Of a stretch of 64,000 nt of DNA, positions 29,926 to 39,078 are shown piece by piece. The translations under genes and the position numbers were made by a program. Below the pieces are notes generated by a model. It had not been told where the DNA came from. It was given only the letters and a program-made list of their open reading frames with translations, and did no database searches. How positions within the stretch are numbered: the stretch's first letter is position 1; each line of letters begins with the position of its first letter. Source of the DNA: a virus; the IMG/VR virus record IMGVR_UViG_3300023180_000018; one strand, given 5' to 3'.

Positions 29926-30658
29926 AAATAACATTATAAAATATTCTAATAAAGAATATGGATCTGGCGAATTATATTTTCACGACGCAAAAGCTTATAT
30001 TCCATGGAGAGCCAGAACTTTATTTACTAAAGAACCTTGGACATTAAAATGGTTTATGCAATTAGAAGAAGATGATGTTTTATGGGATATTGGTGCCAAT
30101 GTAGGTCTATATAGTCTATGGGCCGCTCATAAAACACCATGTAAAAATATATATTCTTTCGAACCATCTAGTTATAACTATCCAATTTTACATACTAACA
30201 TTATTAAAAATAATTATCAAGATAGAATTACTGCTTATCCTATAGGCTTATCAGATTTTAATATAGCAAGTGAAATTGGATTAGAACATCCTAATCCAGG
30301 CGCGGCATCTGCTTCTTTATTATCTAAATTTAAAAATCAACATATACAAAAACAAGGATGTATTGCTCTTAGTGGTGATTTTTTAATTGATCTAGGTATT
30401 CCATCACCAACCCATCTAAAAATTGACGTAGATGGAATAGAACCATATATTATAAATGGTTTAGAAAACGCTATTGCAGAAACCGTTAAAAGTATTATAG
30501 TAGAAATAGATCAAACAAATCCTTTACATATGGCAGCATTTCAAAAATTAAAAGATATAGGATACGGGTTTGAAATAGAACATTTAAAACAAGTATATAG
30601 AAATAGAAAAGATACAAAATTCTGTGCCATGGCAGAATTTATTTTAACAAAAGTTTAA
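29912..30658 (+). CDS. FkbM family methyltransferase
   Basis: WDIGANVGLYS, SFEP, HLKIDVDGIE. Confidence 0.9.
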   Translation: MITYENNIIKYSNKEYGSGELYFHDAKAYIPWRARTLFTKEPWTLKWFMQLEEDDVLWDIGANVGLYSLWAAHKTPCKNIYSFEPSSYNYPILHTNIIKNNYQDRITAYPIGLSDFNIASEIGLEHPNPGAASASLLSKFKNQHIQKQGCIALSGDFLIDLGIPSPTHLKIDVDGIEPYIINGLENAIAETVKSIIVEIDQTNPLHMAAFQKLKDIGYGFEIEHLKQVYRNRKDTKFCAMAEFILTKV

Positions 30659-30670
30659 AAGGATTTAGTT

Positions 30671-32428
30671 GTGTGCGCAATTAATGGATATGTAAACTAC
30701 GATAATTTAAAAAATCAAGATGTTAATAACAATAGAAAATTAAAAAAAATATTACAGATTATGAACCAATCTAATAGATTTAGAGGCCCAGATGGTTCAG
30801 ATATAATCATCGATAATAATGTTGGTTTAGGACACAATTTATTAGCAATCTCTGGTAGTAGCATTAATCTTCAACCAGCTGTAACAGATAATGGAAACAT
30901 TATGGTTTATAATGGAGAATGTTATGATGTAACAGGATTTGATACTCCTTATGTAGTAGAACAGTTTGAAAAAAGAAGAATAGATTTTTTAAAGAATATA
31001 AATGCGCATTTTGCAATTGCCTTTTATGATAAGAAAAAACAAGAAATTACTTTAGCAAGAGATCACTTTGGAGTTAAACCTCTATTTTACCACTACACAG
31101 CAAAAAAACTAGTATTTTCATCTACACTACATGGAATTATAAGCGCTGGCGTGAAACCCAAACCATCATTTAATATAATTGAAAATGAAGATGTACGAGT
31201 ACATAATCCAAAACTAAGATTTCGTGTAAAAAGTAGCACTAAGTATGAACAAATGATTAATCATTTTTATAAATCGAATGGGTCGTGGATGGGTAAGCAG
31301 ATTGGATATGATAATGTATTTTCGTTGTGTCCTGGACAATATATAACTTTTAGTACAAAATCTGCTAGAATAATTTCGTCTGGTAGTTTATTTGATTTTA
31401 CTTTAGAAAATAACTTAAAAGATATGTATGATATCAAAGATATTATTAGCGAACAAGTTCATAATGTTGGTGATACTAGCAAAAACTTTTCAATAGCTTT
31501 ATCTGGAGGATTAGATTCTGGAGCTATAGGTTCTATATTAAAAAACAAAGATCCTTACTACATCACAGTAACAACACAAATGAATAATAATAATCAGTCA
31601 CTTGAAGAAAATACTAATTATTCTTCAGATTATTATTATGCAAGAAAAAACGCTGAAAAATTTGGAAAAATGTTACACTGGCCAGCTATAACAATTTCAA
31701 ATTATAAAAGATTAGTAGATGAAACTAGTCAATCTTTGTTATTTCCTGCGCAAGATCCTGCAAGACTTGCGTGTAGATTATTATTACCTGAATATAGTAA
31801 AATGTTAGGCGGAAAAGTAATTATTAGTGGAGAAGGTGGGGATGAATTATTTACGGGGTATAGACAACACAATGATTTTTTTAGAAGAATAGGTAATAAA
31901 TTGGAAATAAACTTTAATTCTGCTCTAGGGTATTCAAAAATTTTAAAAAAACATTGGATTGAAATGCAAAACGAAATGGAATATTTCCCAACATGGTGTA
32001 AAGGACCAGATATGGTAAATAATGCTTTATTATTAAGCATTTTCAAATCAGCATCATTTTTTTGTATGGTTCAAGATCAATTGTGTGGGATGCATAGTAT
32101 AGAAAATAGAACACCATTTTTAACTATAAGTTTTGTTAAAAAAATGTTAAGTATACCATCATACATTAAATTTAAAAGATATAAAAATGTCAACTCAGAA
32201 CTATATCATTCACATAAATATATTTTAAGAAAATGTTTTGAAAAAGATTTACATCCTGAAGTTGTTAATAGAAACGATAAAAGTGGATTCGTTTCACCTA
32301 GTTGGCATCGAGGATTATACAATTATAAATATTCTTTTAGTGGACAAAGATATAAATACCATAAAGAAACATATGATTATGTGGAAAATTATTCAAATAT
32401 TTGTATGAAGAAAATTGATCATATATAA
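30671..32428 (+). CDS. asnB: Asparagine synthase (glutamine-hydrolysing)-like amidotransferase
   Basis: N-terminal MCAING, RGPDG, YNGE, RDHFGVKPLFY, LSGGLDS, SGEGGDELFTGY, ENRTPFL. Confidence 0.9.
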   Translation: MCAINGYVNYDNLKNQDVNNNRKLKKILQIMNQSNRFRGPDGSDIIIDNNVGLGHNLLAISGSSINLQPAVTDNGNIMVYNGECYDVTGFDTPYVVEQFEKRRIDFLKNINAHFAIAFYDKKKQEITLARDHFGVKPLFYHYTAKKLVFSSTLHGIISAGVKPKPSFNIIENEDVRVHNPKLRFRVKSSTKYEQMINHFYKSNGSWMGKQIGYDNVFSLCPGQYITFSTKSARIISSGSLFDFTLENNLKDMYDIKDIISEQVHNVGDTSKNFSIALSGGLDSGAIGSILKNKDPYYITVTTQMNNNNQSLEENTNYSSDYYYARKNAEKFGKMLHWPAITISNYKRLVDETSQSLLFPAQDPARLACRLLLPEYSKMLGGKVIISGEGGDELFTGYRQHNDFFRRIGNKLEINFNSALGYSKILKKHWIEMQNEMEYFPTWCKGPDMVNNALLLSIFKSASFFCMVQDQLCGMHSIENRTPFLTISFVKKMLSIPSYIKFKRYKNVNSELYHSHKYILRKCFEKDLHPEVVNRNDKSGFVSPSWHRGLYNYKYSFSGQRYKYHKETYDYVENYSNICMKKIDHI

Positions 32429-32431
32429 ATA
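32424..32431 (+). promoter_or_regulatory. T4-type late promoter
   Basis: TATAAATA 27 nt upstream of the exported-protein operon. Confidence 0.6.
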
Positions 32432-32457
32432 TAATTACTTCGTAAATGGAAAATTGA

Positions 32458-33015
32458 ATGAAAACTTTATTATTTTTATGTGGATTGTTTATTGTAAGTT
32501 TTGCAAATGGAGAAGAGACTACTCAACCAGATGATGTTATAAGAACAGAATCGGTAACGGATAGTACGGTGAATACCAACTCTAATACGACTACTACATT
32601 GAAGTCGCCTCCCGCTAGTGCAATTACGCCTACAATAAACACATCCAATTCTGATCTTTGTACTTTTGGTGTTGCTGGTGCAATCCAAACGCAGATACTA
32701 GGTATCTCGACTGGAACACAAGTAACTGACGAAAATTGCGAACGACTTAAACTTTCTAAAACATTATATGATATGGGTATGAAAGTTGCCGCTGTATCCA
32801 CGCTATGTCAAGATACTAGAGTATTTGATGCTATGATGATGGCAGGAACACCCTGTCCTTATGATGGTTTAATAGGGCTAGAAGCTAAGGATGCTTGGAC
32901 GTTAAATGAAAATGAACGACCAGAAAACAAAAAAGAAAAAGGAATGCAAGATGGTACTAAGACGCTCTTGGGCAGCGCTGGGGTTGCTAGCTTACTCCTG
33001 CTTTTGCTTCTCTGA
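32458..33015 (+). CDS. Exported Cys-containing protein with C-terminal hydrophobic anchor
   Basis: Signal peptide, Thr-rich linker, four Cys in the mature region, terminal LLLLLLL. Confidence 0.7.
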   Translation: MKTLLFLCGLFIVSFANGEETTQPDDVIRTESVTDSTVNTNSNTTTTLKSPPASAITPTINTSNSDLCTFGVAGAIQTQILGISTGTQVTDENCERLKLSKTLYDMGMKVAAVSTLCQDTRVFDAMMMAGTPCPYDGLIGLEAKDAWTLNENERPENKKEKGMQDGTKTLLGSAGVASLLLLLLL

Positions 33016-33835
33016 TGATTCTCTAGATACAGTATATGGTACAACAAATAATGCAGCACAATTTGGTTATAACTGGGTTATGCAAAATGTATTACCACAA
33101 CAAGCAGGTTTACAGGTTAGCAGTGTAGCATATCAATATAAAACTGTTAAAAATACAGAAGATGATATGTTAGTTCATGTACAAAATGAAAATGCTAGAG
33201 GACCGGGATATATTTTTAGATCTACAGACGATTGGTCTGGCATCCCTGGTAATTCTATTAATAAAATTGTACCAGTAAACTTAATTGATATTTCATACTG
33301 GGGACCAGGATCTATCGAGGTAGAAGGATTTGGTAGTGTAGAAGATGCTAAAGTATTTTACACATATCAATATGATCCTTGCTTTGATCCTCAAACAAAT
33401 CCGGAATGTCCGGGTTACATTGATCCATTTGTTGTTGAGTTAACAGAAGTAGAAGTAACTGATCCACTTGACGATGATATAATTCAAGACGAATTAGATC
33501 GTAAAGCAAATTTACGTCAACAAAAAGAAGACGAAAAAGAAGAAGCACGTAAAAGAGCATTAGAAAAAGTAGAAGAAATAGAAGAACGTTTAGAACAATT
33601 ATTAGGTATTGCAATGGAAAATGATTTTGCGATTGATGCAGTACTTTTACACGAAGCAATGATGGGATTAAATGCATTGCCTCAATCATATTTAAAGACT
33701 CTTGTTGGAGGTAATTACGAAGATACAGTTGTACTAGTTGATTCTAAATTACCATCTAACCCGAGAAGTTTGAGAGTGGGAATGGCACAAGAACTTTTAC
33801 ATCAAAAGTTAGTTGATCTACAATATGCCAAGTAA
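32951..33835 (+). CDS. Exported hypothetical protein
   Basis: Probable start MVLRRSWAALGLLAYS (signal-like); beta-rich domain, DPCFDPQTNPECPGY, acidic coiled coil. Confidence 0.65.
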   Translation: MVLRRSWAALGLLAYSCFCFSDDSLDTVYGTTNNAAQFGYNWVMQNVLPQQAGLQVSSVAYQYKTVKNTEDDMLVHVQNENARGPGYIFRSTDDWSGIPGNSINKIVPVNLIDISYWGPGSIEVEGFGSVEDAKVFYTYQYDPCFDPQTNPECPGYIDPFVVELTEVEVTDPLDDDIIQDELDRKANLRQQKEDEKEEARKRALEKVEEIEERLEQLLGIAMENDFAIDAVLLHEAMMGLNALPQSYLKTLVGGNYEDTVVLVDSKLPSNPRSLRVGMAQELLHQKLVDLQYAK

Positions 33836-33856
33836 CGAGACAAAAGGAAATAATTT

Positions 33857-34357
33857 ATGTATAAGCAAAGCATTACATTATTATCGGCCTTAATATTTTG
33901 TACGAGTGCATATGCCGAAGAAATCCCTGTAACGGGAAGCGTAGCGTCAAAGTGTGTTGTAACACAAGACACAGTAGGAGTATATGGAAACCCAGATCCT
34001 TCAACCCTTACTACATCACCTTCATCTGGTGGTGTACATCCGGTTGTAAGATATGATGTTATCCAAGCTGATTTTTATATGGCTAGGATTGTACATCCTG
34101 ATTCGTTTTCAGAAAGTCCAGTGTTAACTGACGTAGTTAACTGGACTGGTGATGTAGTTGTAGACCAAGTATCTGATGCGGGTATGTCAGAATATGATAA
34201 TAATAAAATTGAATACAACAATGTTACAGAAGTAGACTTATCAATTGCAGGATCTACGTGGTTTAGAGTAGAATCAGAAGCTGATTACGGTTACGATAAA
34301 GCTTTCCCTGGTGGAACTTATCAAGCTACCGTAACTGCAGAATGTATAGCTATTTAA
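33857..34357 (+). CDS. Pilin/fimbrial-subunit-like exported protein
   Basis: Signal peptide (AYA), IPVTGSVASKCVV N-terminal strand, C-terminal GGTYQATVTAEC. Confidence 0.5.
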   Translation: MYKQSITLLSALIFCTSAYAEEIPVTGSVASKCVVTQDTVGVYGNPDPSTLTTSPSSGGVHPVVRYDVIQADFYMARIVHPDSFSESPVLTDVVNWTGDVVVDQVSDAGMSEYDNNKIEYNNVTEVDLSIAGSTWFRVESEADYGYDKAFPGGTYQATVTAECIAI

Positions 34358-34368
34358 GGGATTACTAA

Positions 34369-34746
34369 ATGATGCGTTATATAATGTTAATAGGATTACT
34401 AGGGATTTGTGGGCAAACATACGCCCACGAATTCCTGCCTACTTACCCTAAATTACGTCAATCTTTTGTGCCGGGCGTGTTATATACACAGATGGAATTA
34501 TTTAATAAAAGGGAAAATATAAGATTCTATGAATTAGAAGTCTTTGATAGTAATTGGAAAAAAGTTTCTTTTGCTACAACAGAGAAAATAACTAAAATAG
34601 AATACTTAGAGAAAAAACAAATTGACGTTTATATTCGTAAAGAAGATAAATCTAGAGCAACCTATATTTGTTCTAAATCGAAAATACTCGTTGAAAATAC
34701 GACTAAACCGATTATGGCATCGAGGATTTGTTCTAAAATAAAATAA
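34369..34746 (+). CDS. Exported Ig-like protein resembling a pilus chaperone N-domain
   Basis: Signal peptide (TYA), HEFLPTY, MELFNKRE...YELEVFD, YICSKS...SRICSK. Confidence 0.45.
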   Translation: MMRYIMLIGLLGICGQTYAHEFLPTYPKLRQSFVPGVLYTQMELFNKRENIRFYELEVFDSNWKKVSFATTEKITKIEYLEKKQIDVYIRKEDKSRATYICSKSKILVENTTKPIMASRICSKIK

Positions 34747-34747
34747 T

Positions 34748-35194
34748 ATGAGAATTTTTGTTATTATAATTTTGATGTGTTTATCTTATAAAGCTAATGC
34801 AGAGTCTAGCTCACTCAACTTAGCTTTACCGGGTTCACCTCAAAGTTATGCGTCTGATAGGGTAAGAGCAGGACAGTTAGAATGTCAAAACGCTATTGGT
34901 GGTACTACTAATGTAGAGTTTGGCGTAGTTGGTATTCTAAACCAAAATGGACCTTACAATAGTTTTTACGGTACGTCAGCTGGGGTTGCACCACCTGAAT
35001 ATGATTCCGATGGACTAGTAAAAGATGTGGGTGTATATGCTAAAATAACTATCCCACTAAACGCACCAAAAGAAAGAATTAATTGTAATACTTTATATAA
35101 ACTTGAACTTGAAAGAAGAAGATTGGAGATCCAAAGACTACAACAAGAAGTCGCTAATTTAAGGAATCTTAAATTTACCGACGAAAACGAATAG
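34748..35194 (+). CDS. Exported hypothetical protein with C-terminal coiled coil
   Basis: Signal peptide (ANA), SLNLALP, ECQNAIG, VGVYAKITIPL, RINCNTLYKLEL. Confidence 0.65.
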   Translation: MRIFVIIILMCLSYKANAESSSLNLALPGSPQSYASDRVRAGQLECQNAIGGTTNVEFGVVGILNQNGPYNSFYGTSAGVAPPEYDSDGLVKDVGVYAKITIPLNAPKERINCNTLYKLELERRRLEIQRLQQEVANLRNLKFTDENE

Positions 35195-35202
35195 AGGAAA
35201 AC

Positions 35203-35661
35203 ATGGCAGAAATCGAATTTGGGGGTATGACCTTCAAAGGCGGTAAAATGATGGTTCTCATCACTGCATTAAGTACTCTGGGTGGAGCAACTTGGGGAGT
35301 TTTTGAATTTTATAAAGATTACATGGATATGAAAGAAATCATCCAGAATATAGATGTAGATGAGATCGCTGCACGTAACGATCAAATCGAAATTAAACTT
35401 GATGAAGCTATAGATTATTCAAGAAGTATAAAAAACGATTTAAGAGATGACTTTAATCGTATGGAAAAAAACGTTGACCGTGTTGAAGATCAAAATCGAA
35501 ACATGGAAGATAAAGTTAAAGATATGATCGATCGTGCATCAGAAAGATTCGATACTAAGCGAGAAAGTTTACAGACTGATACTCGAATACAAATTGAAAC
35601 ATTGGAAGACCGCCTTAATAAAAAAATACAGAATGTACTCGATAACCCTCTAGCAGATTAA
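35203..35661 (+). CDS. Membrane-anchored coiled-coil protein
   Basis: N-terminal TM, long charged helix, ends LDNPLAD. Confidence 0.65.
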   Translation: MAEIEFGGMTFKGGKMMVLITALSTLGGATWGVFEFYKDYMDMKEIIQNIDVDEIAARNDQIEIKLDEAIDYSRSIKNDLRDDFNRMEKNVDRVEDQNRNMEDKVKDMIDRASERFDTKRESLQTDTRIQIETLEDRLNKKIQNVLDNPLAD

Positions 35662-35674
35662 GGAGTACAATAAT

Positions 35675-35860
35675 ATGCGGGTAAAGATAACCTTTCATAA
35701 TGGATATTCATTAGTTGGTGATCTTGAAATTCTAAAGGAAATGTTACTAGATGATGTATTGAATGATGATAAAAAATTTGTAACAGTAATAAGACCAAAA
35801 GGAGATGAACTGTATTTAAATAAGGAAGCAGTTGCTTATATCGTGAAAGAGGAGGACTAA
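35675..35860 (+). CDS. Small beta-barrel-like protein (paralogue of 36043..36240)
   Basis: LDDVLNDDKKF...LNKEAV pattern; AGGAG RBS. Confidence 0.55.
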   Translation: MRVKITFHNGYSLVGDLEILKEMLLDDVLNDDKKFVTVIRPKGDELYLNKEAVAYIVKEED

Positions 35861-35861
35861 C

Positions 35862-36041
35862 ATGGAAAATGTAGTCAATCTTAACACAGGATATGAAGGT
35901 AATGAGACACCTACAGAAAAGGTAGATCTACCAGAATATCAGGTAATAGAATATGTTCCTTTCGAATATAGAAAGGAAATAGCTCTTTATTGCTCAATTG
36001 GTTTAAACATTGGATTTTTATTTGGTTTATTAATATTATAA
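35862..36041 (+). CDS. Small protein with C-terminal TM (59 aa)
   Basis: Manual translation MENVVNLN...SIGLNIGFLFGLLIL; GGAGG RBS. Confidence 0.55.
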   Translation: MENVVNLNTGYEGNETPTEKVDLPEYQVIEYVPFEYRKEIALYCSIGLNIGFLFGLLIL

Positions 36042-36042
36042 A

Positions 36043-36240
36043 ATGGATACATTTAATATAGTTGAAGCTACAATTACATTGTCAGATGGAACCCGTTGGT
36101 TAAATTGCGAAGTTTTTTTACCAACGGGTGACCGTCTTTCTGACGTCGTTAATGATACTAGAAATTTTTTACCTATAAAAAAAGAAGGTAAAGAATTTAT
36201 TATTCGTAAAGATCAGATAATATTTTTAACAGAAAATTAA
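36043..36240 (+). CDS. Small beta-barrel-like protein
   Basis: RLSDVVNDTRNFLP...IRKDQI. Confidence 0.55.
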   Translation: MDTFNIVEATITLSDGTRWLNCEVFLPTGDRLSDVVNDTRNFLPIKKEGKEFIIRKDQIIFLTEN

Positions 36241-36248
36241 ACGACAAT

Positions 36249-36695
36249 TTAGACGTTTTCCAATCTTACCATTAAGCGTTCAGCACGATTAGTTACTTGT
36301 TTGTGCCAACGAGAATCGCGACCTTCAACCGCAGCAGTTGCCCAATCACCAGCTTCAAGTGCAGCGTTAAATTTTTTAAACTGAGATAGACGTGGTCGAC
36401 CCATGTTAAACATCATATTAACTACTACCTGTTTAACTTCTTCTGGAAAAGATTCGAATTTTTCTTCACCATATAAAACATGACACTCTGAAATAGAAAC
36501 GTCTAAGTCTTTTTCAAAGCATTCCCATACTCTTTCTTTTGATACTGGTGTATCGAAAGGTTGACCCCATTCAGGGTCACCTTGGATGACCAAATGGCCA
36601 ACACCAAACGTATGATATCCAAGATGGTCCGCATAAATTTTGTATTCTACACCTTCATCAACTTTAAGTGTTTCAAATATTGCTTTCCTATCCAT
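36249..36695 (-). CDS. Endolysin, T4-lysozyme-like (GH24)
   Basis: DEG...YADHLGYHTFGVGHL (E-x8-D-x5-T), NMMFNMG, DSRWHKQVTNRAERL. Confidence 0.92.
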   Translation of the reverse strand: MDRKAIFETLKVDEGVEYKIYADHLGYHTFGVGHLVIQGDPEWGQPFDTPVSKERVWECFEKDLDVSISECHVLYGEEKFESFPEEVKQVVVNMMFNMGRPRLSQFKKFNAALEAGDWATAAVEGRDSRWHKQVTNRAERLMVRLENV

Positions 36696-36948
36696 TATTT
36701 GTCTCCTTTGGTAGATACCAATTTACAACTGTATTAACTCTAAAAGATCTCCAGGCCTGTTTATCTAAAGCCCATACTACTAAATGATCTGAATTTGCGC
36801 TTTGTTCTAAAATTTCTGGAACATTATGATTTGATAAAACAGGATTAAGAGTACATTCCATTACTCTCAATTCTCCAGTATCAATTTTATTAAACTCTAC
36901 TACAACAGCACCTTCTTTTGCAGCTTTTAAAAACTTATCCATTTCCAT
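36688..36948 (-). CDS. WYL_2/SH3-fold phage protein
   Basis: VEFNKIDTGELRVMECTL...VWALDKQAWRSFR. Confidence 0.75.
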   Translation of the reverse strand: MEMDKFLKAAKEGAVVVEFNKIDTGELRVMECTLNPVLSNHNVPEILEQSANSDHLVVWALDKQAWRSFRVNTVVNWYLPKETNNG

Positions 36949-37334
36949 TATTTCACCTTTTGTTTTTGAACATAATTATTTATCGCAGCTTTGATCGCAT
37001 CTTCTGCAAGGACACTACAGTGGATTTTGACTGGAGGGAGGGCGAGTTCTTCTGCGATGTCTGTGTTTTTAATATCCCCAGCTTGATCAAGACTGCGACC
37101 TTTAACCCATTCGGTAAGAAGTGAGGAAGATGCGATAGCACTTCCGCATCCGTAGGTTTTAAACCTAGCATCTTCGATAATTCCATCATCATTTACCTTT
37201 ATTTGTAATTTCATAACATCGCCACAGGCAGGCGCTCCAACCATACCTGTGCCGATGTCCTCATCCTCTTCTTCAAACTTGCCTACATTACGAGGATTTC
37301 GATAATGATCCATTACTTTGTCACTGTATGACAT
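36948..37334 (-). CDS. iscU: Fe-S cluster scaffold protein IscU
   Basis: YSDKVMDHY.NPRNVG, GAPACGDVM, KTYGCGSAIASSS, LPPVKIHCS (HscA-binding LPPVK). Confidence 0.97.
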   Translation of the reverse strand: MSYSDKVMDHYRNPRNVGKFEEEDEDIGTGMVGAPACGDVMKLQIKVNDDGIIEDARFKTYGCGSAIASSSLLTEWVKGRSLDQAGDIKNTDIAEELALPPVKIHCSVLAEDAIKAAINNYVQKQKVK

Positions 37335-37496
37335 TTAGTCCTCTGTTTTAAGTAAAGTCCAAACGCCCCAACCAAGTCCTGCCCAGGCAGCAATTTTTGC
37401 CAGTCCACCGAAAAGAATAATAGCACCGCATATTCCAATCAACATTACACCATCTAATGAAGTTCTTTCACCCATGATTTTTGATAGATATTTCAT
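37335..37496 (-). CDS. Small two-TM membrane protein (53 aa)
   Basis: Manual translation MKYLSKIMGERTSLDGVMLIGICGAIILFGGLAKIAAWAGLGWGVWTLLKTED. Confidence 0.6.
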   Translation of the reverse strand: MKYLSKIMGERTSLDGVMLIGICGAIILFGGLAKIAAWAGLGWGVWTLLKTED

Positions 37497-38074
37497 ATGT
37501 GTGTTCCCCTTTTCTTATGACCGTTCCAAGCAACAAACCCAGCAAGTCGTAACGACCAGTAAGCAAGATAATTTAATAATTTAAAACCATTAACTTCAAT
37601 ACAAATATCACGGAAAATAATATCTGCTTCTTTTTGCGTCATATGACCTATGTTTGTTCTTTTCTTATTGTCTTTCTGCAACGTAGCGTACTTATAGGCA
37701 TAATCATGTACTAAACCACCCATTAATAAAACACCCGTAGGTGATAACCACATTGCTAGAAACTTGGGTACAGATGCACCGTCAAATTGAAACCCTTTGG
37801 GAATTACATACTTTTCACCGCGCAACTGATAATGAAAGTCGTCACAAATTTCCCACTGTCTCACGCCCATCAGCCACATCCATATAGCTTTCCAAAAACC
37901 TTTGTCTTTGGTTTCAATAGGAATGGGTTTCATATGAGGCATTTCTTTGTAAGAAAATCCTACACGATCTTCGCCTTGTCCATCAAATTTGCTGGCAATA
38001 AAACCAATAACCACGAGCACACCAAATACAACCCATTGCCAAAAAGTCATAGCAAGATCTAAAATTGATTCCAT
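37493..38074 (-). CDS. DUF1353 family protein
   Basis: VIPKGFQFDGASVP, VHDYAY, EADIIF. Confidence 0.8.
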   Translation of the reverse strand: MESILDLAMTFWQWVVFGVLVVIGFIASKFDGQGEDRVGFSYKEMPHMKPIPIETKDKGFWKAIWMWLMGVRQWEICDDFHYQLRGEKYVIPKGFQFDGASVPKFLAMWLSPTGVLLMGGLVHDYAYKYATLQKDNKKRTNIGHMTQKEADIIFRDICIEVNGFKLLNYLAYWSLRLAGFVAWNGHKKRGTHI

Positions 38075-38125
38075 ATTATGTTTTCCTCCATTTTGGTTTC
38101 CACACTCAAAACATAATCATAAAAT

Positions 38126-38133
38126 TATTTATA
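38126..38133 (-). promoter_or_regulatory. T4-type late promoter
   Basis: TATAAATA upstream of the DUF1353-iscU-endolysin block. Confidence 0.6.
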
Positions 38134-38802
38134 TTAAATTAAATAAGAACCTTTACACAATTCTTCAAAATTATCAGGAGTTACTTGTATATCAGATGGA
38201 AAAGAAATAAAATTTCCAGCTAAACAATACTTAGTTTTTTGTGAAAGATTTCTACTTGTATAATGATGCATCCATGATGGGAATATGAATAGATCCCCGG
38301 TTTCTAAAGTATATTGTTTATGGAATCTTAATCCTCCAACATATTCTTCTAGTATAAAAAATTGTGGAATGTCTTCTGGTGCAAAAGGATAAAAAGCAAA
38401 TGATAAATTCCAATGCGCGGCATCAAGATCTAGTGAATTATTTCTATGAGCATGTACACTAGAGGATTGATTAAATTCGTTTAATGTAAAAAATAAATCT
38501 GTTAGATATAAAGTATAGTTATATTGTTCTTGTATTTTTTTTCTAAATCTTTCTGTAAAATTTAATATTCTAGCAACGAAAGGATTACACCAAACTTCAA
38601 ATTCATCGTTTAAATACTCACCATAACATTTTAAAAAATTACTTTCAGTATTTACTGCATAATGTTCTGTATCAAGATTCCATTCAAATCTTTTAAGAGA
38701 TCTATCTATTTTTTTAACTAAAGATCTGCATTCAGAATCATTTAAAAAATTCTTAGTAATAACAACATCATTACTGATAAGATTCTCTACTATAGTTTCC
38801 AT
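38134..38802 (-). CDS. 2OG-Fe(II) oxygenase-like protein (TIGR02466-like)
   Basis: HAH, LSFAFY, GDLFIFPSWMHHY, LAGN. Confidence 0.65.
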   Translation of the reverse strand: METIVENLISNDVVITKNFLNDSECRSLVKKIDRSLKRFEWNLDTEHYAVNTESNFLKCYGEYLNDEFEVWCNPFVARILNFTERFRKKIQEQYNYTLYLTDLFFTLNEFNQSSSVHAHRNNSLDLDAAHWNLSFAFYPFAPEDIPQFFILEEYVGGLRFHKQYTLETGDLFIFPSWMHHYTSRNLSQKTKYCLAGNFISFPSDIQVTPDNFEELCKGSYLI

Positions 38803-38821
38803 AATATTATTCCATTAAAAC

Positions 38822-38843
38822 GTGGGAGGATTAAATCCTCCCA
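38822..38843 (-). terminator. Intrinsic terminator
   Basis: GTGGGAGGAT-TT-AATCCTCCCAC hairpin followed by GTTTT on the minus strand. Confidence 0.65.
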
Positions 38844-38857
38844 CTACATACTACATA

Positions 38858-38983
38858 TTAAATTAACGGCATATAAGTAGCGTTTACCATCAACTCAGGA
38901 TACATGATTGGACCCATAAATCCTAGTATACAACCACCTACAACAATTGCTGCTAACGTATAGTTCCTGATCTTGATAATCAT
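38858..38983 (-). CDS. Small hydrophobic peptide (41 aa)
   Basis: Manual translation MIIKIRNYTLAAIVVGGCILGFMGPIMYP...; ATGA-coupled. Confidence 0.45.
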   Translation of the reverse strand: MIIKIRNYTLAAIVVGGCILGFMGPIMYPELMVNATYMPLI

Positions 38984-39078
38984 GATACCACCGTCAATAC
39001 AATCATTACTGGCGCAACTAATAATGCAGTAACAAGCATATAAACAGCTTGCGCTTCTTCGCTACACAATAACTTCAT
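38980..39078 (-). CDS. Small hydrophobic peptide (32 aa)
   Basis: Manual translation MKLLCSEEAQAVYMLVTALLVAPVMIVLTVVS; GGAG RBS. Confidence 0.45.
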   Translation of the reverse strand: MKLLCSEEAQAVYMLVTALLVAPVMIVLTVVS

